From a virus (lineage: Duplodnaviria; Caudoviricetes): 64,000 bases of DNA. The stretch is from IMG/VR virus record IMGVR_UViG_3300034061_004620; one strand, 5' to 3'. Shown here piece after piece: positions 55,682 to 64,000 of this stretch. The notes under the pieces are model-generated. The model worked only from the letters and a program-made list of their open reading frames with translations. It was not told the origin of the DNA and searched no databases. The number at the start of each line of letters is the position of its first letter. The stretch's first letter is position 1. The position numbers and the translations under genes were made by a program.

Positions 55682-57589
55682 ATGGCAATTGGGCGTATAT
55701 CCGGACCAATGCTGTTTAGCAACCTTGAACGACAAGGTGTTGATCTTGCATTTCAATCAAATCTTCTTTATCTGGATGTTAACAACCTAAGAGTAGGTGT
55801 TCTTAATGCCAGTCCGCAATATGTATTTGACAGTTCTGGAAATGTCAAGATGGCAAATATTGTCATACTTGGTAATACTATAACAAGTAATACCGGTGTT
55901 ATTAATCTTGGCAGCACGTCTAATATTGTAATTACCGGTGGATCTTCAAACAATGTTTTATACACAGATGGTTTAGGTAATCTACGATGGGGACAGATTA
56001 GTGAACTTGATATTACCTATGACAATTTTACGGTAACAACCGGCAACGCAGGTGTATGGTATGCTACAACGCTAAATTCAACTACAGCAAATGTATCAGA
56101 CACACTATATACAGGAAATTTTAATACTGCTAATGCAGTAATTTCTGGTGGCTACATCAATAACTTAGCCAATCTTACAGCGACCACTGCACAAGTTAAT
56201 AATCTAAGTTCTGCTAATGCAGTAATTTCTGGTGGTTATATTAATAGTCTATCTAATCTTACAGCGACCACTGCACAAGTTAATAATCTAAGTTCTGCTA
56301 ATGCAGTAATTTCTGGTGGTTATATTAATAGTCTATCTAATCTTACAGCGACAACAAGTAATGTAGGTGATTTATATGTAACTACACTTAATGCAACTTC
56401 GGCAAACATATCAGGGTCGTTGTTTACTTCAAATTTATATACCGCTAATGCAGTAATTAGCGGCGGATATTTTGATGGATTATCTAATATTACAGTAAAC
56501 ACCGGAAACTCGAGCGCATGGTACACTACAGTTATAAACTCGTCCAGTGCCAACATAGCGACAGGAAATATAACTAATTTTAGCACAGCCAATGCAGTAA
56601 TCACTGGTGGATATTTTACAGAGATATCCAACATAACATCCAGCACAGGAAATGTTAGTAGTTGGTACGCAACAACTTTAAATTCAACAACAGCAAACAT
56701 AACTTCGGCCACTGTTACAAATTTGAGTACGTCAAATATTATAATTGGAGGAGGTAATGTCACCGCCAATTTGACAGGAAACATTTCGGGCACCAATGCA
56801 ACGTTTACAGGAAATATTGATGCCAGCTGGTTTGTTGGAAATGTACAAGGCACAACGGGTAATTTTGGTAATATAAATGTTTCGTCAAATATCAATGTTA
56901 CCGGCACTGTAACTGCTACAGGTAACATTGTTGCTCAAAAAATTACCAGCTCAACTGGCGATTTGCATATAAGTGCGGCAACAAATAATCCTAATAACAT
57001 CATAAGATTTGACAGCGTGAGCGCATTTGATATACCGTCGGGCACCACAGCAGAAAGACCACCAAATCCAGATTATGGATATGTTAGGTACAATACCGAC
57101 CTTGGATCAATCGAATGGTGGGGCGGATCAAGTTGGGTAGCTGGAGCAAACTTAATTAGTACTCAACAAATTGTGCCCGACGGTCTCAACACTGTTTATA
57201 CTCTTACACAAGCCACAGTAGAAAATGCTATCTTGGTCAATATCAATGGTACAATTCAACAAGCCGGAGCTGGAGCCTATAGTGTAAGTGGCAATCAAAT
57301 CACGTTTTCAGAATTACCATTAGTCACTGATATTATTGAAATAAGATATTTGGCCTCTGGTGTGGCGGCACTCACAGTTAATTTTGCAAATATTGCCAGC
57401 AACGTAAGTCCTGCTGCAAATGTAACCTACGATCTTGGGTCTATAAACAATCAATGGGCTAATTTACATGTCGGCGGAAACGTAAATCTTAGTTCCACTA
57501 CAGGAACACCAAGCAATACTGCAAGTCCAGCAAGCTGGCTAAAAATTTACGTAAGCGGCACGCAATATTTCCTTCCTTTGTATCAATAG
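55682..57589 (+). CDS. Virion fibre-like protein with Asn/Thr/Ser-rich beta-repeats
   Basis: MAIGRISGPML..NL.RQGVDLAF start; NAVISGGY repeats; P.GTTAERP...GYVRYNTD module. Confidence 0.7.
   Translation: MAIGRISGPMLFSNLERQGVDLAFQSNLLYLDVNNLRVGVLNASPQYVFDSSGNVKMANIVILGNTITSNTGVINLGSTSNIVITGGSSNNVLYTDGLGNLRWGQISELDITYDNFTVTTGNAGVWYATTLNSTTANVSDTLYTGNFNTANAVISGGYINNLANLTATTAQVNNLSSANAVISGGYINSLSNLTATTAQVNNLSSANAVISGGYINSLSNLTATTSNVGDLYVTTLNATSANISGSLFTSNLYTANAVISGGYFDGLSNITVNTGNSSAWYTTVINSSSANIATGNITNFSTANAVITGGYFTEISNITSSTGNVSSWYATTLNSTTANITSATVTNLSTSNIIIGGGNVTANLTGNISGTNATFTGNIDASWFVGNVQGTTGNFGNINVSSNINVTGTVTATGNIVAQKITSSTGDLHISAATNNPNNIIRFDSVSAFDIPSGTTAERPPNPDYGYVRYNTDLGSIEWWGGSSWVAGANLISTQQIVPDGLNTVYTLTQATVENAILVNINGTIQQAGAGAYSVSGNQITFSELPLVTDIIEIRYLASGVAALTVNFANIASNVSPAANVTYDLGSINNQWANLHVGGNVNLSSTTGTPSNTASPASWLKIYVSGTQYFLPLYQ
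56131..56352 (+). repeat. 84-nt (28-aa) tandem repeat, about 2.6 copies; 56171-56352 is perfectly periodic
   Basis: Unit starts TAATGCAGTA at 56131, 56215 and 56299; identity at offset 84 ends at 56352. Confidence 0.95.
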
Positions 57590-57617
57590 TAGCCAATCAA
57601 TAACATTGTTCTTTTGG

Positions 57618-57623
57618 TAAATA
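57618..57623 (+). promoter_or_regulatory. Late promoter box TAAATA
   Basis: GGTAAATACT upstream of ATG 57656. Confidence 0.6.
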
Positions 57624-57655
57624 CTACAATTACAGTATAAACCAAGGACTTTGCG

Positions 57656-60600
57656 ATGGCCGTTACAAGAATTAAGAATAATCAGATTACTGATAGTACA
57701 ATTACTTTCCAAAAAATTGCGCCAGGAACACTGGTGGGGTCAGTTTTTAACGCCAATCTTAACTTAAATTCTAATGTTACAATTACTGGAAATCTTTCGG
57801 TCAGCGGTAACACTACCACTGTTAATTCAATTGACACTACAGTTAACGATCCATTGATTGTTTTTAATAGTGGTTATGTTGGAGTACCTGCTTACGATGT
57901 AGGATTTTTAGCAGATCGAAGTTTAGGTACACTCGATAACTATGGTGGCGTAAATGCAGCCTTGGTATGGTCAGAATCTGATGGCGCATTTATCACAGTT
58001 TTAACCACCGAAACAGGAGCCACTAAAGGCTCTATTAACAGAAAATTTCAAGCAAATTTAATAACTGGAAATCTTACAGTTTCAAATGCAGCCACAATTC
58101 AGACAGCCAGAATTACCAATTTATCAGTTAGTAGTATTGCTGCTGTCAGTGGCAATCTTGTAGCAGCATCAGGCACAAATGCAACCAATTACACAACTGG
58201 TGCTATTGTAGTACCAGGCGGCGGTGGTGTAGGAATAACTGGCGACCTATGGGTGCAAGGACCAAGCACATTTGCCGGAAATATCACAGCTGGTAATATT
58301 CAACTTAGCGGCAATATTAATGTTCCTGTAGGTGGCACATTCTCTAACACTGGTGTATTCTTTGGTAATGCCGGCGGCATTGGTGCGTTATATGCAGGTA
58401 CTACCACATACACAGCGTTACCAACTACTGTGCTTCAGATGTCTGGCAATGTTGACACTTATGCACAGGTTAACTTTCAGAATATCAATAGTGGGACCAA
58501 AGCATCAACAGACTTTGTACTAACGGCAGACAACGGTAACGACACCGATGGATTTATTGATTTAGGTATAAATTCAAGCACTTATAACGATGCCAATTAC
58601 CCAGGATCATATGCAAACGACGGCTATCTAATTCATCATTCAGGATTAAGTACCGGTAATTTAGTAATCTTTTCACATACTGAAGGTTCAGCAATCAAAC
58701 TTCACGTTGGGGATTATGGCGATGCCAACACCAAGGCCACCGTTACCAATATAGGATTCAGGGTAAACACCTCTACAGCCAGTTCGTCAACCACATCAGG
58801 TGCATTGATAGTGGATGGAGGAGCAGGAATCGCTGGTGCGGTGTATGCCGGCAGTATACAAAATACACCCATAGGCACAAGCACTGCCTCAAGTGGTTAT
58901 TTTACAACATTAAATGCAACAAATGCCAGTACTGGCAACATTGTAATTTCTGGCGGATATATTAGTGCATTAACTAATGCTTACATAACTACTGGCAGAA
59001 CTGAAAACTTCAGCACAGGTAATGCACGAATCAGTGGCGGTAATATTGTAATGATTACAGGTGCTGGTGGCAACACATATGTCACGGCCGATCATGTTGA
59101 AGCATTTGATACTAATTTTGGCAATGTTAATACAGAAAATGCTTATATTGCCAATATAATGGCACTAAACGGAACCATAACAGGAATTACAAATTTTGCA
59201 ACCAGTTTTGCGAATATTGCAGGCGGGTATCTTGATAATGTTGCCATTGGTGCAAATGTAGCAGGACCTGCATCGTTTACTACAGCCAATGTTAGCAGCA
59301 CGTTTAATGTTACCAACAGTACCGAGTCTACATCATCATCAACAGGCGCAGTGCAGATTACTGGTGGTGTTGGTATAGCCAAAAACTTGTATGTTGGGGG
59401 TAACGCAGTAGTAGCAGGCAACTTGGTGGTATTAGGAACTACAGCGAGCGTTGATAGCATTGATCTGATAGTAAAAGACAGTTCAGTTAAATTACATACC
59501 TTTGCCAATGGGGCACCTTTAACTACCAATGATGGCAGAGATATTGGTGTACTTGGAAACTATTATCTTGGATCAGACAAATATTTCTTCTTTGGTCAAA
59601 AGAATAGTTCAACATACTTTGAATATTTTGCAGACGCCACTGAAGATAGTAGTAATGTTGTTAGTGGCACTTACGGTACAATTAAGTCTGGCGGGCTAAT
59701 TATATCAAATTCAACATCGTCGACTAATACTATTACAGGTGCAGTGACAGTAGCAGGCGGTGTGGGCATCACAGGCAACCTTAATGCCGGCACTATATAT
59801 GCAGGTAGTATAAATGCCACACCAATTGGTAACGCTACTCCAAGCACTGGTGTGTTTACTACTTTGGTATCGACCGGTGCTTCTACCCTTAACAGTTTAA
59901 CAGTAAACAATCAAGCTGTCATTGCGACACTTAACGGTACTGCAAATGTATATCTTGCACCACAATCAGGCGCAGCCACAGTAACAATTAACCCATTAAT
60001 TATTGGTACTATTGACAATATGTCAATTGGTGCCACTGCTGCTGCAAACGCATATGTTACCAATCAACGAGTGTCTACCAGTATCAATGCTCCTACCACC
60101 GGACCAATTTGGTTAAGTGCAGGCACAGGTACCAGCGGAATTCAAAACATTCCAATTGGTAGCGTTACTCCAAGCACTGGCGTATTTACACAAGCCAATG
60201 TACAAGGTCTATATGCAACAATATTGAATTCTACAACTGCCAATATCACAACGTTAGCAGTCACTTCTGGCCTAAGTACAGGTAATGCGGTAATTTCAGG
60301 TGGATATATTTCTGCGTTATCTAATGCTACTATCACTACAGGTAATGCAGCATCATTCTATGCAACGTCACTGAATGCTACCACCGCCAATATCACAGGT
60401 GCAGTAACATTTGGAAGTTTTACTACAGCAAATGCAGTTATCAGTGGCGGATTTATTTCAACAGTGGCCAATATAACTGTTACAGATATTATTACTGCAT
60501 CAACTGCAAATATTGGAACTTTAGTTACTACAGGCACAACAACTTCAGCCGGTAATATAGTTGGTAACAGCAGCACAACAAGTACCAGCACAACTACTGG

Positions 60601-61900
60601 TGCATTGGTATTAACCGGGTCTGGTGGCGCAGGTATTGGTGGAAATATCAATGTTGGGTTAGGTGCAACAATTAACAGTACTAAGTCTGCGTTTGACACC
60701 ACTATTAGTGGACGTAATGAAAATACTTTATTATGGGCACACTCAGACTCTGTATACGACCAGGTGGTAATTGGCGGAAATTTAACTGTAGCAAATACAA
60801 CTCAAGGCGCCAAACTGATAGTAAAAAGCAATGATTCGTTTATTGTTCCAGTAGGAACAAGCGCACAACGGCCAAGCGGTCAAGGATATACTGACGTTGA
60901 TGGTATGTTAAGATTTAATTCAACCACCGGTATACTTGAGTATTACGGCAGTGGTCAATGGAATAATACCGGATCAGCATTTACTGTTATTACAGCAAGA
61001 ACTTTTGATGTAAGTACAGGCAATCCGTATGGTAATGTAGATGGAGTCAATTCAACTTTTACTTTAGCAGCAAATGCAACAACATCTGGCACATTGGTTA
61101 CAATTAACGGTGTTGTACAAATTCCAAGCTCTGCATACTCAGTAAGCGGAGCACAGTTGGTGTTTACCGAAGCACCTGCTCTTGGTGACGTAATAGACAC
61201 AAGAGTGTTAGCCACTACTTCTGTTGTAACTCAATTAGCAAGTGACAACGGATTTAATCAATTTGTTGCTAATAATACCTGTTTAAGTTTTTATACTGGT
61301 AATGTTTCATTGGGCACTATTGAAAATTGGCGCATTGATACAAACGGTGATTTTTATCCAATTACACAATCAAACATTGGAGCACCAAGTAATCGAGTTG
61401 ATTATTTGTTCGCAAGTAATATCAATCTGAGTGGCGGCACAATCAGCGGAGTGGCACTAACTGGCGGTCCTATTGATGACACACCAATTGGTGGTAATGT
61501 TGGTAACACTGGTAACTTCACTACCTTGACTGCTAATGTATTCCAGGCTAATACAAGTGTAACTATCATTGCAGGTTTAATGACCATTGATAATACCGCT
61601 AACACATCTATCGTAGGCGGAACAACAGGTATTATTGACACATTTGATAAAACTGTACATCGTAGTGGTAAATTCTTTGTACAGGTAAGCAATGAAGGTA
61701 CTGGCGAATATCAAGCCACAGAAGTTATTTGTGTACACGATGGCACAACTCCACAAGTGGCAACTTACGGTGTCACATTCACTGGCGCAGCTAATTTGGC
61801 TACATTTAGTGCAAATATTTCAGGTAACGATGTGAACTTAAATGCCACACCAGTTGGTAATGTAAACATAAAGACATTTGCTACACTAATGAAGATATAA
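57656..61900 (+). CDS. Large (1414 aa) virion fibre/structural protein
   Basis: MAVTRIKNNQITD start; repeated STSTTTGAL.V.GG.GI.GN.Y and TPIG.ST.STG.FT.L shaft motifs; C-terminal IDTFD...HRSGKFFVQ...EYQATE domain. Confidence 0.7.
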   Translation: MAVTRIKNNQITDSTITFQKIAPGTLVGSVFNANLNLNSNVTITGNLSVSGNTTTVNSIDTTVNDPLIVFNSGYVGVPAYDVGFLADRSLGTLDNYGGVNAALVWSESDGAFITVLTTETGATKGSINRKFQANLITGNLTVSNAATIQTARITNLSVSSIAAVSGNLVAASGTNATNYTTGAIVVPGGGGVGITGDLWVQGPSTFAGNITAGNIQLSGNINVPVGGTFSNTGVFFGNAGGIGALYAGTTTYTALPTTVLQMSGNVDTYAQVNFQNINSGTKASTDFVLTADNGNDTDGFIDLGINSSTYNDANYPGSYANDGYLIHHSGLSTGNLVIFSHTEGSAIKLHVGDYGDANTKATVTNIGFRVNTSTASSSTTSGALIVDGGAGIAGAVYAGSIQNTPIGTSTASSGYFTTLNATNASTGNIVISGGYISALTNAYITTGRTENFSTGNARISGGNIVMITGAGGNTYVTADHVEAFDTNFGNVNTENAYIANIMALNGTITGITNFATSFANIAGGYLDNVAIGANVAGPASFTTANVSSTFNVTNSTESTSSSTGAVQITGGVGIAKNLYVGGNAVVAGNLVVLGTTASVDSIDLIVKDSSVKLHTFANGAPLTTNDGRDIGVLGNYYLGSDKYFFFGQKNSSTYFEYFADATEDSSNVVSGTYGTIKSGGLIISNSTSSTNTITGAVTVAGGVGITGNLNAGTIYAGSINATPIGNATPSTGVFTTLVSTGASTLNSLTVNNQAVIATLNGTANVYLAPQSGAATVTINPLIIGTIDNMSIGATAAANAYVTNQRVSTSINAPTTGPIWLSAGTGTSGIQNIPIGSVTPSTGVFTQANVQGLYATILNSTTANITTLAVTSGLSTGNAVISGGYISALSNATITTGNAASFYATSLNATTANITGAVTFGSFTTANAVISGGFISTVANITVTDIITASTANIGTLVTTGTTTSAGNIVGNSSTTSTSTTTGALVLTGSGGAGIGGNINVGLGATINSTKSAFDTTISGRNENTLLWAHSDSVYDQVVIGGNLTVANTTQGAKLIVKSNDSFIVPVGTSAQRPSGQGYTDVDGMLRFNSTTGILEYYGSGQWNNTGSAFTVITARTFDVSTGNPYGNVDGVNSTFTLAANATTSGTLVTINGVVQIPSSAYSVSGAQLVFTEAPALGDVIDTRVLATTSVVTQLASDNGFNQFVANNTCLSFYTGNVSLGTIENWRIDTNGDFYPITQSNIGAPSNRVDYLFASNINLSGGTISGVALTGGPIDDTPIGGNVGNTGNFTTLTANVFQANTSVTIIAGLMTIDNTANTSIVGGTTGIIDTFDKTVHRSGKFFVQVSNEGTGEYQATEVICVHDGTTPQVATYGVTFTGAANLATFSANISGNDVNLNATPVGNVNIKTFATLMKI

Positions 61901-61930
61901 TAAGAATAATACATAGGGGAATATGGAACC

Positions 61931-62980
61931 ATGGCTAATAAAAATTTTGTAGTACACAATGGCTTAGAAGTAGGCGGAGTAAAAATATTTGCTGCCAATA
62001 GTGATATTGTTCTAAGCGGCAATGTTACATCTACTAATTCTGCCAGTGTGACTCAAATTGCAGTAACAAAATATGTTATGCAGTTGCCTCCTGCATTAGG
62101 AGCTGGTGCGTGGTATAATTTAGGCACATTCAGTGTAAACAGCGGTGCAGGAGCAGGCGAGGCAGTAGAAATTACTGTTATTGCTGGACAAGGTTATGCT
62201 GGCGACGCACAAGTTAAAGATATAATATCTGTTCGCTTTCAAAACGGTTCAAGTCCCAATATAGAGGCAAACTATTACAGTCAAGGTTATCGTGAAGGCA
62301 TCCAAGGTGTAAAAGTTAAGAGTGTTAACGGAGTCGGAACTGGAACAAGTTGGGATGTATTTGTTTATATAGCAACAGACCTTGGAAAAGGTTTTGCCGA
62401 AGTAAAAACAACTACCGATGCCAAATTTACTTGGATTCAAACTGCAGATAGTGATCCGGGAACTGCTGCGGCTAATTTGGTCGTGGCAACAAACAAGTTT
62501 GTCACTGCAACCAGTAATGTTGTAATTACAACTGGTAATTTGTATGTAGGCGGTAACATCTATCAACAAGGTCAACAGGTATCAACCAGTGTAGGAAACG
62601 GATTGACCACAGTTGTTATTAACGGTAATGGCACAAGCGGACCATTTAACTTAGGACAAACACCAGCCAATTCCGATCAGATTCAAGTTTGGTGGAACGG
62701 TATATATCAACCCAAAAGCACATATAGTTTAGCAGGCACCAATCTAACATTTACGGAACCAATTCCGTCTGGTTCGCGGGCCGAAGTTAAAATTTTAGCT
62801 GGTACAGGTGCCCAACAGTTAGGAACCTTAGAAGATGTTAATTTTACTCCATCGCCCACAGACGGGCAGTTCTTATCATACAATGCTGCCACTGGTAAAT
62901 GGATTCCTGCAACTTCTGCAGCACAAGCAAGCGTTACAAGAACAGCTATTACCTATGCGGTTGTTTTTGGTGGGTTTTAA
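61931..62980 (+). CDS. Virion structural protein
   Basis: MANKNFVVHNGLEVG start; beta-sandwich module; L.DV..T..P.DGQ.L.YNAATGKW.P fibre motif. Confidence 0.65.
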   Translation: MANKNFVVHNGLEVGGVKIFAANSDIVLSGNVTSTNSASVTQIAVTKYVMQLPPALGAGAWYNLGTFSVNSGAGAGEAVEITVIAGQGYAGDAQVKDIISVRFQNGSSPNIEANYYSQGYREGIQGVKVKSVNGVGTGTSWDVFVYIATDLGKGFAEVKTTTDAKFTWIQTADSDPGTAAANLVVATNKFVTATSNVVITTGNLYVGGNIYQQGQQVSTSVGNGLTTVVINGNGTSGPFNLGQTPANSDQIQVWWNGIYQPKSTYSLAGTNLTFTEPIPSGSRAEVKILAGTGAQQLGTLEDVNFTPSPTDGQFLSYNAATGKWIPATSAAQASVTRTAITYAVVFGGF

Positions 62981-62987
62981 AATACGA

Positions 62988-62993
62988 TAAATA
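62988..62993 (+). promoter_or_regulatory. Late promoter box TAAATA
   Basis: AAAATACGATAAATATGG upstream of SD GAGG and ATG 63015. Confidence 0.6.
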
Positions 62994-63014
62994 TGGCATA
63001 GAGGAAAATTTATA

Positions 63015-64000
63015 ATGGCAAAGAAAACTTATTCATCGGGGTACATTTTTACAACAGGTACCAGTGGCAACACACAGATTACATTACCGGATCGAGTATC
63101 TCCGGAACAGTTATTACTGATTATTCACGTACCAAGTAAAACTGTCTTATACAATTTTAATGATACCACATTTAATGCGGTAACCTTTACAAATATACAA
63201 AGAGCTCTCACAGTTGCCGGAACCACTGCAAGCGGTAACACAGCAATAAGTATGACGAGTGGGCAGTTCAATACATTAAACTATAATAGTACCGGTGTAC
63301 AGCAAGGATGGCGTGTAACCGGCACAGGTATGCCCTCAAACGGTAATACTGTTGACTATACTGATGGCACAAATATTATCTATTTGGATACACCTGCTAC
63401 TGCAACAGGTACCAATGTCAGCCTCACGTACACTGATCGAAATTATCAAACCAGAGTAGGCAATATACCAGTAGATACAAGTGCTTACAGCTCTACTGAT
63501 AAACTATTAATCATTGCAGATTCAGAACCGGCTCCTTTAGTATCATTTAGAGACTTTTTAGTTGATCCGGTTGGAAAATTACGGGTTAGTCAACCACAAA
63601 GTTTGATTGATACCGACTTTGAATACGGTCCACAGTCTACAAAATGGCAAACTATGAAGTTTATTAACAACTATTTTGCCAGTTACGGCCGTAATACTGA
63701 TGCACCCCTGAGTCAAACAGCCAACATAAGCACTATAGCCGGTAACGGTACATCTATAGTATCAATTACTACGTCTGCTTCTCACGGGCTAATAGAAGGA
63801 CAACCCATTACGGTCGTTGGTACCACTGATGAACAAGCCAACGGAGAATTTTTAGTTTCTTTAATTAATTCAACCACTTTCAGATATACCGGCACAGGAA
63901 CCGTCACTGCAGGCAGCATAAATCAAAACGGAGTTGCAATTTATCCAGGGGCGTTTTTTACCGGAGCCAATATTGGATTTGCAGCCGTAAAAACATTTGG
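63015..64000 (+). CDS. Large virion structural protein, truncated at the window end
   Basis: ATG 63015 (MAKKTYSSGYIFTTG...), open to 64000; contains VDPVGKLRVSQPQSLIDTDFEYG.QSTKWQ; absent from the ORF track. Confidence 0.8.
   Translation, partial: MAKKTYSSGYIFTTGTSGNTQITLPDRVSPEQLLLIIHVPSKTVLYNFNDTTFNAVTFTNIQRALTVAGTTASGNTAISMTSGQFNTLNYNSTGVQQGWRVTGTGMPSNGNTVDYTDGTNIIYLDTPATATGTNVSLTYTDRNYQTRVGNIPVDTSAYSSTDKLLIIADSEPAPLVSFRDFLVDPVGKLRVSQPQSLIDTDFEYGPQSTKWQTMKFINNYFASYGRNTDAPLSQTANISTIAGNGTSIVSITTSASHGLIEGQPITVVGTTDEQANGEFLVSLINSTTFRYTGTGTVTAGSINQNGVAIYPGAFFTGANIGFAAVKTF

Noticed and set aside
60358-61692. Antisense ORFs opposite the fibre genes, and most other short track ORFs opposite long genes
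   Set aside because: They mirror Thr/Asn/Gly-rich sense codons and lie wholly within well-supported genes
1-64000. Stop-codon reassignment as seen in some jumbo phages
   Set aside because: Very long ORFs are intact in the standard code, and TAA, TGA and TAG all end genes at tight junctions (e.g. TAG at 50857-59 and 57587-89)
1-64000. CRISPR array, tRNA genes or a diversity-generating retroelement
   Set aside because: No regular repeat-spacer array, no cloverleaf in the intergenic gaps inspected, and no reverse transcriptase or TR/VR pair seen

Overview
This window comes from a large T4-like (contractile-tail, probably jumbo) bacteriophage genome, is read in the standard code and is almost entirely coding. 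1-33393 (minus strand) is a baseplate and tail-fibre operon: fibre-like proteins, a 4730-aa gp7-like wedge protein, gp6, gp25, gp5-like hub/spike, a hub protein, gp53-like and gp48/54-like genes. 33458-42832 (plus) holds the gp55-like late sigma factor, gp47 and gp46 interleaved with three radical SAM genes and an SDR, and a small GIY-YIG protein. That last gene is followed by about 350 nt of densely structured non-coding sequence (GAAA, GCGA and UUCG tetraloops, candidate pseudoknots, a duplicated AGTGACTG-N8-GGATGAA unit). I do not recognise it as a known RNA class, and it is the top novelty candidate: a possible nuclease-ncRNA system. Next come a gp26-like chaperone pair joined by a canonical -1 slippery site, a divergent tape measure gene, a free-standing homing endonuclease, the head module (gp20, core proteins, gp21, gp22, gp23) and a run of virion or fibre proteins. 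TAAATA late-promoter boxes precede most late units. All homology calls come from motif recognition and synteny; no database searches or folding programs were run.
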